From: Eledone cirrhosa
Taxonomy: Eukaryota
Direction: 5' to 3'
DNA length: 64,000 bases
Assembly: GCA_964016885.1 (NCBI GenBank)
Contig: OZ024752.1
Span: forward strand, 7,936,001-8,000,000
Below, in pieces: positions 1 to 13,563 of the stretch; position 1 is the first letter of the stretch; every line of letters starts with the position of its first letter. Position numbers and translations under genes: made by a program. Below the pieces are notes generated by a model that was given only the letters and a program-made list of their open reading frames with translations, was not told the origin of the DNA and searched no databases.

Positions 1-139
1 GCATGGGTTAGACTGCATCATACTGGCTTTCTTTCACCAAACAATCCTAACCACATATTTTACAATACTTCCTAGAAACTATTTTACTTAATTCATTCTT
101 AAAGTTAAGAGAAGAAATGTATTACAGAAAACCCTTGGT

Positions 140-357
140 TTAATATTTAAACCAGCCATATCTGGCCAGAATTCTCTCACCTCCTTCTGTTCAAACTGGT
201 TTGTAACTGGCCACTCATACTGATGTTAAGGTATTGTTCTCAAAATAAATAATATCAAAATCTCATTCGATATTATGTGAGATATTTATGTGGGGTAAAG
301 TGTTTACCATGAAAATACAATAGTATATATAGAGTAATGTAAATAGTAAAGTGTTAA
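140..357. mobile_element. TTAA-type (piggyBac-like) MITE family 1, monomer copy
   Basis: Reverse-complement match to the complete copy at 15584-15796; ends aatgtaaatagtaaagtg-TTAA. Confidence 0.7.
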
Positions 358-466
358 TGAACCCAATGATGATGATGATGATGATGATAATAATAATATA
401 AATATGTGAAGTTGTATATCTGGCGACATGGTTTGTTTATAAATAAACATGTCCTTATAACAATAA

Positions 467-672
467 TGATTTCTAGTATAGGCACAAGGCCAGTAATTTG
501 GGGGAGGGAGAAGTCGATTAAATTGACCCCAGTACGTTACTGGTGCTTTATTTTATCGACCTCGTGAGGATGAAAGACAAAGTTAAACTTGGCGGGATTA
601 GAACTTAGACTATAAAGGGCCGTAACTCTATGCTGTAAAGCATGGTGCCAACCCTCTATCGATTATTGCCAA
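467..672 (-). mobile_element. SINE family B
   Basis: Reverse complement of the copies at 36853-37037 and 60102-60288 (B-box-like gagttcaaatccc, cctttcatcc...gtcgataaaataaagtaccagt). Confidence 0.7.
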
Positions 673-781
673 TCCATAAAGCTGTACTATCACTATAGTC
701 ACAGCAAATTATACTTCTACACTATCAAAATTGAAATAAAAATGACATATTTTTAATAGAATTGAATCATTTTCTATTGCA

Positions 782-846
782 CATCATCATCATTTTACGT
801 CCACTTTTCCCTGCTTTCAAGGGTGGGACAGGTCCTATTCAGCACT
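782..846 (-). mobile_element. RTE LINE 3' end fragment with (ATG)n tail
   Basis: (CAT)n-tttacgtccacttttccctgc matches the 3' end of the RTE at 56001-57025. Confidence 0.7.
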
Positions 847-1062
847 CATGTATTAAAGCTTTAGTCTCATTAAAACTGTAAAAATGAGCCCAAGATTACT
901 TTAGATTTGACATACTTTCCCTCCAATTAGGGACCTTTAAATTGGAGGTTTATTGTATTTTAAATCCTTTGAGAATTAGTAAGTCTCTAACTCCGGTGTA
1001 CATAAAGCAATTCATTAGATAAACAGCTGTGTTGTGTCTGTATGTGACTCATACATTATATT

Positions 1063-1929
1063 TTTAATCATTTAACCTGGCCATATCTGACCAGAATTCT
1101 CTCACCTCTATCTGTTTAAACCGGCTGTAACTGACTGCTCATACTGATGTTAAGGTATTGTTCTCAAAATAAATATCAAAATCTCATAGATTCGATATTA
1201 TGCGAGATATTATGTGTGATAAAGCCTTTACCATAAAAATACAATAGTATATATAGAGTAATGTAAATGTTATGTGAGATATTATGTAAGATAAAGCCTT
1301 TACCATAAAAATACAATAGTATATATAGAGTAATGTAAATGTTATGTGAGATATTATGTAAGATAAAGCCTTTACTGTGAAAATACAATAGTATATATAG
1401 AGTAATGTAAATGTTATGTGAGATATTATGTAAGATAAAGCCTTTACTGTGAAAATACAATAGTATATATAGAGTAATGTAAATGTTATGTGAGATATTA
1501 TGTAAGATAAAGCCTTTACTGTGAAAATACAATAGTATATATAGAGTAATGTAAATGTTATGTGAGATATTATGTAAGATAAAGCCTTTACTGTGAAAAT
1601 ACAATAGTATATATAGAGTAATGTAAATGTTATGTGAGATATTATGTAAGATAAAGCCTTTACTGTGAAAATACAATAGTATATATAGAGTAATGTAAAT
1701 GTTATGTGAGATATTATGTAAGATAAAGCCTTTACTGTGAAAATACAATAGTATATATAGAGTAATGTAAATGTTATGTGAGATATTATGTGAGGTAAAG
1801 CCTTTACTGTGAAAATACAATAGTATATATAGAGTAATGTAAATGTTATGTGAGATATTATGTAAGATAAAGCCTTTACTGTGAAAATACAATAGTATAT
1901 ATAGAGTAATGTAAATGGTAAAGGGTTAA
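1063..1929. mobile_element. MITE family 1 with about 10 internal tandem 72-bp units
   Basis: MITE body at 1070-1195, 72-bp units at about 1200-1915 (24-aa period in the ORF track), right end aatggtaaaggg-TTAA. Confidence 0.8.
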
Positions 1930-2582
1930 TCAGAGGGAAGGTGGTGTCAATAGCCCTTTCTTATGGCCTCCCATATTGATGGGGAGAGAGAGAGAATGGA
2001 GTTGAGGAAATTATCTTTAAGCAGACTTGGTACAAGTGTTAAAGATACCCAAGGGACCACTTAGTGTTAAACTGGGGACTCTGCTAAAGGTACCCGAGAG
2101 ACTGGCTCTGGTTCTATGAAATAAAATCACTTATTTTAAAGATTTCCAATTTAAATTAAAATCTTCCAATATAATTTTATATAAGAACCTTACATTAAGT
2201 TACAATCTTAGTAATGAAATAATTAATAATTTTAGTAAATCCCTCAAAATTCTTCATTAATTAATTAAAATAGAATGTATTTCATGACAGGGTTAAATTG
2301 ACTGAAATATAGTACCTTTCATGACGTTTTTACATGTTCTTCAGTAATTCAGATTCAGTTTTAATCATATTAAAGTGAAAAATTACTAAACTTAATTTTT
2401 AGAAGATTGTTCAGATAAATATACTTTTAAAAATATATGGAAATAATGTCCGACCCATGCAAGTGTGGAAAAACAGATGTAAAAACAATGAGGATGATTG
2501 AAACACATGTACACATGGAAAGTTGTAATCCTACATCAACAGTCATATACTCACATACACCTAGGACCAAAGAAACAGGCTT

Positions 2583-2585
<3 letters not shown>

Positions 2586-2656
<71 letters not shown>
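2586..2656. repeat. (CA)n microsatellite
   Basis: Direct reading. Confidence 0.95.
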
Positions 2657-2658
<2 letters not shown>

Positions 2659-2895
2659 TACGAGGGGGCTTTAAAAAGTTCGTGGAAAATGGACAGTTGG
2701 AAAAAACAGTTTAAGTTATGATGTTTATTTTACAACATATGCTCCATCTAACTCAATACACTTCTGTAAACGTTGATACCAGGCTTTAGGTCCATCTGTG
2801 TAAAACTGAGGATCATGTGATTTAAACCACGTCAAAGCAGCTTTCTTTACATCTTCAACTGGGGATCATCTTCAACCTCATCTCTTGAAGTTCAC
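2659..2895 (-). mobile_element. Tc1/mariner remnant (TIR plus transposase C-terminus)
   Basis: TA-CGAGGGGGCTTTAAAAAGTT mariner-type end. The - strand at 2859-2725 translates VEDVKKAALTWFKSHDPQFYTDGPKAWYQRLQKCIELDGAYVVK*, matching the mariner C-terminal motif. Confidence 0.8.
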
Positions 2896-5075
2896 TGGTG
2901 CATGTCATGGTTCCATTCACTGGTGCATGTCATGGTTCCATTCACTGGTGCATGTCATGGTTCCATTCACTGGTGCATGTCATGGTTCCATTCACTGGTG
3001 CATGTCATGGTTCCATTCACTGGTGCATGTCATGGTTCCGTTCACTGGTGCATGTCATGGTTCCATTAACTGGTGCATGTCATGGTTCCATTAACTGGTG
3101 CATGTCATGGTTCCGTTCACTGGTGCATGTCATGGTTCCGTTCACTGGTGCATGTCATGGTTCCATTAACTGGTGCATGTCATGGTTCCATTCACTGGTG
3201 CATGTCATGGTTCCATTAACTGGTGCATGTCATGGTTCCATTCACTGGTGCATGTCATGGTTCCATTCACTGGTGCATGTCATGGTTCCATTAACTGGTG
3301 CATGTCATGGTTCCATTAACTGGTGCATGTCATGGTTCCATTCACTGGTGCATGTCATGGTTCCATTAACTGGTGCATGTCATGGTTCCATTAACTGGTG
3401 CATGTCATGGTTCCATTAACTGGTGCATGTCATGGTTCCATTAACTGGTGCATGTCATGGTTCCATTCACTGGTGCATGTCATGGTTCCGTTCACTGGTG
3501 CATGTCATGGTTCCGTTCACTGGTGCATGTCATGGTTCCATTAACTGGTGCATGTCATGGTTCCATTAACTGGTGCATGTCATGGTTCCGTTCACTGGTG
3601 CATGTCATGGTTCCATTCACTGGTGCATGTCATGGTTCCATTCACTGGTGCATGTCATGGTTCCGTTCACTGGTGCATGTCATGGTTCCATTCACTGGTG
3701 CATGTCATGGTTCCGTTCACTGGTGCATGTCATGGTTCCATTCACTGGTGCATGTCATGGTTCCATTCACTGGTGCATGTCATGGTTCCATTCACTGGTG
3801 CATGTCATGGTTCCGTTCACTGGTGCATGTCATGGTTCCATTAACTGGTGCATGTCATGGTTCCATTCACTGGTGCATGTCATGGTTCCGTTCACTGGTG
3901 CATGTCATGGTTCCATTCACTGGTGCATGTCATGGTTCCATTAACTGGTGCATGTCATGGTTCCATTCACTGGTGCATGTCATGGTTCCATTCACTGGTG
4001 CATGTCATGGTTCCGTTCACTGGTGCATGTCATGGTTCCATTCACTGGTGCATGTCATGGTTCCGTTCACTGGTGCATGTCATGGTTCCGTTCACTGGTG
4101 CATGTCATGGTTCCATTCACTGATGCATGTCATGGTTCCATTAACTGGTGCATGTCATGGTTCCATTCACTGGTGCATGTCATGGTTCCGTTCACTGGTG
4201 CATGTCATGGTTCCATTCACTGATGCATGTCATGGTTCCATTAACTGGTGCATGTCATGGTTCCATTCACTGGTGCATGTCATGGTTCCATTCACTGGTG
4301 CATGTCATGGTTCCGTTCACTGGTGCATGTCATGGTTCCATTAACTGGTGCATGTCATGGTTCCATTCACTGGTGCATGTCATGGTTCCGTTCACTGGTG
4401 CATGTCATGGTTCCATTAACTGGTGCATGTCATGGTTCCATTCACTGGTGCATGTCATGGTTCCGTTCACTGGTGCATGTCATGGTTCCATTCACTGGTG
4501 CATGTCATGGTTCCATTCACTGGTGCATGTCATGGTTCCATTAACTGGTGCATGTCATGGTTCCATTCACTGGTGCATGTCATGGTTCCATTAACTGGTG
4601 CATGTCATGGTTCCGTTCACTGGTGCATGTCATGGTTCCATTAACTGGTGCATGTCATGGTTCCATTAACTGGTGCATGTCATGGTTCCATTAACTGGTG
4701 CATGTCATGGTTCCATTAACTGGTGCATGTCATGGTTCCATTAACTGGTGCATGTCATGGTTCCATTAACTGGTGCATGTCATGGTTCCATTCACTGGTG
4801 CATGTCATGGTTCCATTAACTGGTGCATGTCATGGTTCCATTCACTGGTGCATGTCATGGTTCCGTTCACTGGTGCATGTCATGGTTCCATTAACTGGTG
4901 CATGTCATGGTTCCATTCACTGGTGCATGTCATGGTTCCGTTCACTGGTGCATGTCATGGTTCCGTTCACTGGTGCATGCCGTGGTTCCATTCACTGGTG
5001 CATGCCGTGGTTCCATTCACTGGTGCATGTCATGGTTCCGTTCACTGGTGCATGTCATGGTTCCGTTCACTGGCC
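2890..5075. repeat. 25-bp minisatellite, about 87 copies
   Basis: Unit TTCACTGGTGCATGTCATGGTTCCA with A/G and C/A variants. Confidence 0.97.
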
Positions 5076-5619
5076 CATGCTAGGAAACCAATTTAAATAT
5101 AGCCATGTAGTTGCAGACCATTTTTTAATGTCAGATTCCTAGAGAAGTAATGAAACTGAGAAGGAAAATTAGTTGATGACTTCACTGGTATGTGTAATTA
5201 CAGGAGAGAATATGTCAGTAAAGGAGCCTGTTAGGGGTATGTTGACCTGCTAAAAATAACAATGAAATCACACTGTAAATAGTGAGAGATGGGGAGGGTG
5301 AGAGAGATGGAGGCAGTGACAGTGGGAGTTTGGCTCCTCTGTGTCAGGACCTGGTGTACATGAGAGATGGAGGCAGTGACAGTGGGAGTTTGGCTCCTCT
5401 GTGCCATGTATGGTGTACATGTATGTTTACTGTCTTATCATACAGACATAGTTACATGTACATCCTAATCTGTGGTCAGTGAATACAATTAAATCCTGAC
5501 CTATTGACCACTACTTCCACCTTCACTACACAATTTATGTCTCACTGTGAACAGTTTAATCAAATGTACAAACATAGTTAATTAATAACTAATGGAGAGT
5601 TGTGGTATCCTTGGCCCTA

Positions 5620-5970
5620 GGACCACCTCCCTACTCAACCCCCCTCCACTACCTCTCTACTCACCACCTCCACCTCCCTACTCACCACCTCCCCATTCAC
5701 CACCACCTTCTCCTTCCCACTCGCCACCACCTACACCTCCCTACTCACCACCTCGCCACTCACCACCACCACCACCTCCCTACTCACCACTACCTCCACC
5801 TCCCCACTCACCACCACCTCATCGCTCATCACCACCCCCACTCCTCACCACTCATTGCTCCCCCCACTCACCACCACCTCCCCACTCACTACCACCTCAC
5901 CAGCTCCCCTCCCTACACACTGCCACCTCACCACTCGCCACCACCTCCCCTCCCTACTCACCCCCCCTCC
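5620..5970. repeat. C-rich low-complexity repeat (CTCACCACC-like)
   Basis: Direct reading; gives a spurious Ser-Pro-rich ORF. Confidence 0.8.
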
Positions 5971-5976
5971 TATTCT

Positions 5977-6010
<34 letters not shown>

Positions 6011-6164
6011 TATGATAGGCGTCTGCAATTTCTGTCTACCATATTTTCCTCACAAGTCATTAGCCAAGCTGTGGCTGTAGTATTTGAGCCCCGAACTACA
6101 GGTTTACTGTTCTGTATGCTATATGTCTATTAAAGTACAGCTCTTCTAGGGAATGTTTATTAGT

Positions 6165-7233
6165 GGTTTGTAGGGGTTTAATCCAATGGTTTGTAGGGGT
6201 TAATCCAATGGTTTGTAGGGGTTAATCCAATGGTTTGTAGGGGTTAATCCAATGGTTTGTAGGGGTTAATCCAATGGTTTGTAGGGGGTTAATCCAATGG
6301 TTTGTAGGGGTTAATCCAATGGTTTGTAGGGGTTAATCCAATGGTTTGTAGGGGGTTAATCCAATGGTTTGTAGGGGGTTAATCCAATGATGTGTAGGGA
6401 GTTAATCCAATGATTTGTAGGGGGTTAATCCAATGGTTTGTAGGGGTTAATCCAATGATGTGTAGGGGGTTAATCCAATGGTTTGTAGGGGGTTAATCCA
6501 ATGGTTTGTAGGGGTTAATCCAATGATGTGTAGGGGGTTAATCCAATAGTTTGTAGGGGGTTAATCCAATGGTTTGTAGGGGGTTAATCCAATGATTTGT
6601 AGGGGGTTAATCCAATGATGTGTAGGGGGTTAATCCAATGGTTTGTAGGGGGTTAATCCAATGGTTTGTAGGGGTTAATCCAATGATTTGTAGGGGGTTA
6701 ATCCAATAGTTTGTAGGGGGTTAATCCAATGATTTGTAGGGGGTTAATCCAATGATGTGTAGGGGGTTAATCCAATGGTTTGTAGGGGGTTAATCCAATG
6801 ATTTGTAGGGGGTTAATCCAATGGTTTGTAGGGGTTAATCCAATGATGTGTAGGGGGTTAATCCAATGGTTTGTAGGGGTTAATCCAATGATGTGTAGGG
6901 GGGTTAATCCAATAGTTTGTAAGGGGTTAATCCAATGGTTTGTAGGGGTTAATCCAATGGTTTGTAGGGGGTTAATCCAATGGTTTGTAGGGGGTTAATC
7001 CAATGGTTTGTAGGAGGTTAATCCAATGGTTTGTAGGGGGTTAATCCAATGGTTTGTAGGGGGTTAATCCAATGGTTTGTAGGAGGTTAATCCAATGGTT
7101 TGTAGGGGGTTAATCCAATGGTTTGTAGGGGGTTAATCCAATGGTTTGTAGGGGGTTAATCCAATGGTTTGTAGGAGGTTAATCCAATGGTTTGTAGGGG
7201 GTTAATCCAATGGTTTGTAGGGGGTTAATCCAA
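6165..7233. repeat. 22/23-bp G-rich minisatellite
   Basis: Unit ATCCAATGGTTTGTAGGGG(G)TTA. Confidence 0.95.
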
Positions 7234-7309
7234 CATTTATCATTTTTCGAGTTTTGACTTCTGGAATCAACATAATGTGAGGTATACCTCTATATAGAGT
7301 TATTACGGC

Positions 7310-9135
7310 GGTAGTTCTATATAGACATATTCTATGGTAGTTCTATATAGACATATTCTATGGTAGTTCTATATAGACATATTCTATGGTAGTTCTATAT
7401 AGACATATTCTATAGTACTTCTATATAGACATATTCTATGGTAGTTCTATATAGACAATATATTCTATAGTAGTTCTATAAACAATATATTCTATAGTAG
7501 TTCTATAGACAATATATTCTATAGTAGTTCTATAAACAATATATTCTATAGTAGTTCTATAGACAATATATTCTATAGTAGTTCTATAGACAATATATTC
7601 TATAGTAGTTCTATAGACAATATATTCTATAGTAGTTCTATAGACAATATATTCTATAATAGTTCTATATAGACAATATATTCTATAGTAGTACTATAGA
7701 CAATATATTCTGTAGTAGTTCTATATAGACAATATATTCTATAGTAGTTCTATATAGACAATATATTCTATAGTAGTTCTATAGACAATATATTCTATAG
7801 TAGTTCTATAGACAATATATTCTATAGTAGTTCTATAGACAATATATTCTATGGTAGTTCTATATAGACAATATATTCTATAGTAGTTCTATATAGACAA
7901 TATATTCTATAGTAGTTCTATAGACTATATATTCTATGGTTTCTATAGTAGTTCTATATAGACAATATATTCTATAGTAGTTCTATATAGACAATATATT
8001 CTATAGTAGTTATATATAGACAATATATTCTATAGTAGTTATATATAGACAATATATTCTATAGTAGTACTATAGACAATATATTCTATAGTAGTTCTAT
8101 AGACAATATATTCTATAGTAGTTCTATATAGATAATATATTCTATAGTAGTTCTATATAGACAATATATTCTATAGTAGTTCTATAGACAATATATTCTA
8201 TAGTAGTTCTATATAGACAATATATTCTATAGTAGTTCTATAGACAATATATTCTATAGTAGTTCTATAGACAATATATTCTATGGTAGTTCTATATAGA
8301 CAATATATTCTATAGTAGTTCTATATAGACAATATATTCTATAGTAGTTCTATAGACTATATATTCTATGGTTTCTATAGTAGTTCTATATAGACAATAT
8401 ATTCTATAGTAGTTCTATATAGACAATATATTCTCTAGTAGTTATATATAGACAATATATTCTATAGTAGTTATATATAGACAATATATTCTATAGTAGT
8501 ACTATAGACAATATATTCTATAGTAGTTCTATAGACAATATATTCTATAGTAGTTCTATATAGACAATATATTCTATAGTAGTTCTATATAGACAATATA
8601 TTCTATAGTAGTTCTATAGACAATATATTCTATAGTAGTTCTATATAGACAATATATTCTATAGTAGTTCTATAGACAATATATTCTATAGTAGTTCTAT
8701 ATAGACAATATATTCTATAGTAGTTCTATAGACAATATATTCTATAGTAGTTCTATATAGACAATATATTCTATAGTAGTTCTATAGACAATATATTCTA
8801 TAGTAGTTCTATATAGACAATATATTCTATAGTAGTTCTATAGACAATATATTCTATAGTAGTTCTATATAGACAATATATTCTATAGTAGTTCTATAGA
8901 CAATATATTCTATAGTAGTTCTATATAGACAATATATTCTATAGTAGTTCTATAGACAATATATTCTATAGTAGTTCTATAGACAATATATTCTATAGTA
9001 GTTCTATAGACAATATATTCTATAGTAGTTCTATATAGACAATATATTCTATAGTAGTTCTATAGACAATATATTCTATAGTAGTTCTATAGACAATATA
9101 TTCTATAGTAGTTCTATAGACAATATATTCTATGG
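7310..9135. repeat. 25-29-bp AT-rich minisatellite
   Basis: Unit TATAGACAATATATTCTATAGTAGTTC, with or without an extra TA. Confidence 0.95.
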
Positions 9136-9339
9136 TAGTACCACAGACAGATGATAGCCATGTCTCAGCTCAACAAAACACTCTTGTATATACCAGACCA
9201 GAATACAGAAATTATGCAGGAAATCTTTTGAATTTCAACAAATTAATTATATTTATGAATGAAGAAATATGTGTATGTGTCCCCTTAGCAATATCTCCAT
9301 AGTAACCATTCTATACTATATATATATACATATATATAC

Positions 9340-9451
<112 letters not shown>

Positions 9452-9540
9452 ATACTTTGGGAGGGTCATGTTGCCAATAAGAAACACACGCACCAGTTGC
9501 CAAACAAATTCAGAAACGATATATATATATATATATATAC

Positions 9541-10285
9541 ATCATCATCATCACCGTTTTACGTCCGTTCTTCTACACTAGCATGGGTTAGACGGGTTGT
9601 CCTGTTGTGGGCAGTGTCCGGTCGGTTGACCTTGTCTCGCTCATACAGGAACTGATTCTGGCTTGATTTCTACAGCTGGATGCCCTTCCTAACACCAACC
9701 TCATTTACAGTGAGTGCTGGGTGCTTTTTTGCCGTGGCACCTCCACGACCACTTTGCAGTGGGAGGGTGTGGGGGCATATTGTCTATATGCTTCAGCTTC
9801 AGCTTGTACCCATGGGGGGGGGGGTCTTCTGTATTACTGTGTGACGCTAGAGGTCATGGTCGTGTGTCATCGCCTTTGAAAGGTGTAATTGGGTAAGGTC
9901 GGCTTTTATCACCTCATTCCAGGTTTTCTTGAGTCTCCCCACTCTGCGGTTTTCATCGACTTCTAGTGGTCTGCACCTTTTTATACATCTGTCATCCTTC
10001 ATACGCATCACATGTCCATACCAACGCAACATCCTCTCCTGCTCACAGCATTTGATTCCTCTTATGCTCAGTCTCTCTTTCAATTCATTTATGCTTTGCC
10101 GTTCGCGTATATTACTATTACACATCCATCGGAGCATGCAGGCTTCGTTTCTTTCTAATCTACGCAAGTCTTCCACAGTCAGTGCCCAGGTCTTACTACC
10201 ATGTAACATTGCTGTTCGTATACACGCATCATACAGTCTGCCTTTCATTTTGAGGGAAAAGCCTTTTGCTAATGGTGAAAATAGT
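9541..10285 (-). mobile_element. 5'-truncated RTE LINE (second family): ORF C-terminus plus long SINE-like 3' module and (ATG)n tail
   Basis: Translation KGRLYDACIRTAMLHGSKTW...LRWYGHVMRM...KTWNEVIKADL. The 3' module contains ggttggtgttaggaagggcatccagc and a (CAT)n tail at 9541. Confidence 0.85.
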
Positions 10286-10574
10286 GTACTGTATATATAT
10301 ATATACTGTATATAAATATATATATACTGTATATATATACAGTACACACTGTATATATATATACTGTATATATATATACTGTATATATATATATATATAG
10401 TACACACTGTATATATGCAGTATATATACAGTATATACACAGTACACACTGTATATATGCAGTATATACTGTATATAGTATACAGTGTATATATACGTAG
10501 TACACACTGTATTTATACAGTATCATCATCATCATAATCACTGTGTGCCGTCCAATTTTTCACACTGGTGTGAG

Positions 10575-11243
10575 CTGGGTGCTTTTTGTCATGTCATCAT
10601 CGCAACCACTTTACAGTGTGGACTGGGTGCTTTTTGTCATGTCATCATCACAACCACTTTACAGTGTGGACTGGGTGCTTTTTGTCATGTCATCATCACA
10701 ACCACTTTACAGTGTGGACTGGGTGCTTTTTGTCATGTCATCATCACAACCACTTTACAGTGTGGACTGGGTGCTTTTTGTCATGTCATCATCACAACCA
10801 CTTTACAGTGTGGACTGGGTGCTTTTTGTCATGTCATCATCGCAACCACTTTACAGTGTGGACTGGGTGCTTTTTGTCATGTCATCATCACAACCACTTT
10901 ACAGTGTGGACTGGGTGCTTTTTGTCATGTCATCATCACAACCACTTTACAGTGTGGACTGGGTGCTTTTTGTCATGTCATCATCGCAACCACTTTACAG
11001 TGTGGACTGGGTGCTTTTTGTCATGTCATCATCACAACCACTTTACAGTGTGGACTGGGTGCTTTTTGTCATGTCATCATCACAACCACTTTACAGTGTG
11101 GACTGGGTGCTTTTTGTCATGTCATCATCACAACCACTTTACAGTGTGGACTGGGTGCTTTTTGTCATGTCATCATCACAACCACTTTACAGTGTGGACT
11201 GGGTGCTTTTTGTCATGTCATCATCACAACCACTTTACAGTGT
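10575..11243. repeat. 48-bp minisatellite (about 14 copies) expanded from the RTE/SINE 3' module
   Basis: Unit CACTTTACAGTGTGGACTGGGTGCTTTTTGTCATGTCATCATCACAAC; (CAT)n tail to the left, RTE ORF remnant to the right. Confidence 0.93.
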
Positions 11244-11354
11244 GTGCTGGAGGCTTCACTAGATGTATTCCACAGCCTGTCATTCTGAGAGGTGTATGGT
11301 AGGGTGGTGCATACAATATATATATATGTATGCTTGAGCTTGAGCTCATGGGAA

Positions 11355-11650
11355 GGTAGGTCTTCTGTATTACTGTATAACTCCAGAGATCCTGGTCCTG
11401 TGTCATCATCTTTGAAAGGTGCAATTGAGGAAGGTCAGCTTTTATCACTTCGTCCCAAGTCTTCCTGGGTCTCCCACTCCGAGGCTTCCATCAACTTTGA
11501 ACGCTCTGCACCTTTTTATACAGCTGCCATCCTTCATACGCATCACATGTCTACTCCAACACAGTCTCCTCTTCTGCACAGTGCATCTGATTCCTCTTAT
11601 GCCTAGTTCATCTCTCTCAGTTTATTTATACTTTGCTATTCACGTACATT
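11355..11650 (-). mobile_element. Degraded RTE ORF C-terminal fragment
   Basis: Homologous to 9850-10120 (IKADLPQLHLSK). Confidence 0.8.
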
Positions 11651-11665
11651 ACCAGTGTGTTTGTA

Positions 11666-11714
<49 letters not shown>

Positions 11715-11717
<3 letters not shown>

Positions 11718-12190
11718 CTTCTCTACTTTGGCCACTTATTCCTGAGAGGGTCATGGGAGCAGAGTCCTCAAACACTCCTTCCAGAAGGTCCTGTCAGAAG
11801 CAACCACCTCCAACTGATCTAGCTGGATCCCCCAAGTGAGACCAGCCAAGCTCATGGATGTTATCCAACCATCTTGCTCAGGGTCTACCCCTGGGTCTCC
11901 TACCGGTTGGTTTTGCCCATAAAATCTGTCCAGCGATTCTTTCCAGAGACATTCTAACCACATGTCCATAGTCCATAGTATCGGAGCTGTGATCTCTCAA
12001 TTCAGAGAGGTAACAGCTCTACCTGGAATGACTCTCTGATCTCTGAGCCACACAGTCTTTCCAGAGACATTCTAACCACATGTCCATAGTCCATAGTATC
12101 GGAGCTGTGATCTCTCAATTCGGAGAAATAGCAGCTCTACCTGGAGTGATTCTCTGATCTCTTAGCTACACACTCTATCAAGAAACTTTA
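11715..12190 (-). mobile_element. Degraded RTE-like LINE 3' ORF fragment with an internal duplication
   Basis: The - strand reads RILWAKPTGRRPRGRP*ARWLDNI; 11937-12050 is duplicated at 12057-12170. Confidence 0.65.
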
Positions 12191-12839
12191 CAAGAAAGGC
12201 CCCTCAGAGTGGTTGATGTTAGGAAGGGCATCCAGTCACAGAAACCATACCAACTAGAACATTGTAGATTCTTCTTACTGAAAGATTAAATGGTAATTAT
12301 GATATTTAATACAAAGTAAAAAGTTAGAACTTGCTAATGTCTAACAAAGCATTTTTAATTTTCTGTTTTTGCCTCGTTCTTCCCGAATAAAATATGAGGT
12401 TAATCACAACACTTGGGTTAAATTGCCACTCTTGGCAGATGTTTTAATTTAGGAAATATTTTATATAAAAGTGGAACTGTCTACCTTGGAGTAATGCAGA
12501 CAGATCTGATTTACATGAAATAATAATGGAAAAAAACAAACAAAAGAAACAACCAAATTCTGACAAAAAAAACTAAAACAAAGGATAAACATTGAGAGGG
12601 ATTTATGTTAATATGTCTGCCAAATTGATTGTAGATCTTCATAGTTGGTTATGATGGTGATGGTGGTGGTGGTGGTGGTGATGATGATGATTAACATTAT
12701 TATTATTATCATTATACTCTGTTTTATATTTAAAAAAATCTTTTCAAAGTTTGTCTGAGTGAGAATTCTCACTGTATATACTTGTTCACTTCATTTAATT
12801 GCAGACTAGTCTTGTGTGTGTGTATGTATATATATATAT

Positions 12840-13071
12840 GGAGGCACATGGCTTAGTGGTTAGAGCATTGGGCTTGCAATCGAAAGGTTGTGAGTTCAAT
12901 TCTCAGACCGGGTGATGTGTTGTTTCCTTGAGCATAGTTACGTCCTTTTACGATCTGAGTTCAAATCCCGCCGAGGTTGACTTTGCCCTTCATCCTTACG
13001 GGGTCGATAAAATAAAGTACCAGTAATGCACTCTGGGTAATTGCTGGCCTTGTGCCTAAAGTAACAATTAT
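12840..13071 (+). mobile_element. tRNA-derived SINE A head fused to a SINE B body
   Basis: A-box TGGCTTAGTGG and B-box GAGTTCAATTC; family B sequence from about 12935. Confidence 0.75.
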
Positions 13072-13074
13072 TAT

Positions 13075-13563
13075 ACATACATAAATCGCAATTTCTGTCT
13101 GTTTGTTTTTTAACCTAAAACTCAAAAACTACGAAACAGATCTTGATGAAACTTGACACATGTGTGGGCCTCATGCCCATTTGATTTCTTGCGTATATTT
13201 CATTTTAATCAAAGGGTTCCCCAGGGGCTCAAACCCCCGCTTAACTTTTTCCTTTCGATTTATATGAAATTTAAACCATAGGTAAATGACAAGATATGAT
13301 GCCTATTCACAAAATTTCAGCAAATTTCAATAATATTAAGACACCCTAATGGGGGTTCTATTTTCTTTCCTGACAAACATTGTTTTGCATGACCAATGCA
13401 ATCAACAATATTTGTTTGTATTATTGTTTCGTAAATGGATTTGTCTTCACTTTTGATTATCTGCCCTATATTTTAATTTCATTTTTGGTCTGAGAGGCAT
13501 TGGGCATTTTAATGGGAACTGGGAATACCCCTGCTCCTGGGTATTACCGGGTACCTCAGCTAG
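13075..13563 (+). mobile_element. Non-autonomous Helitron
   Basis: 5' ataaatcgcaatttctgtctgtttg...ctcaaaaactacg...gatcttgatgaaacttg; 3' subterminal hairpin cctgggtattaccggg followed by CTAG then T. Confidence 0.65.

Noticed and set aside
5592-6080. Extensin-like Ser-Pro ORF
   Set aside because: C-rich low-complexity repeat running into (CA)n and SINE sequence
12840-12912. tRNA gene (also 47035-47107, 34340-34410, 54387-54455)
   Set aside because: A/B boxes are present, but each continues into a shared SINE body, so these are SINE heads
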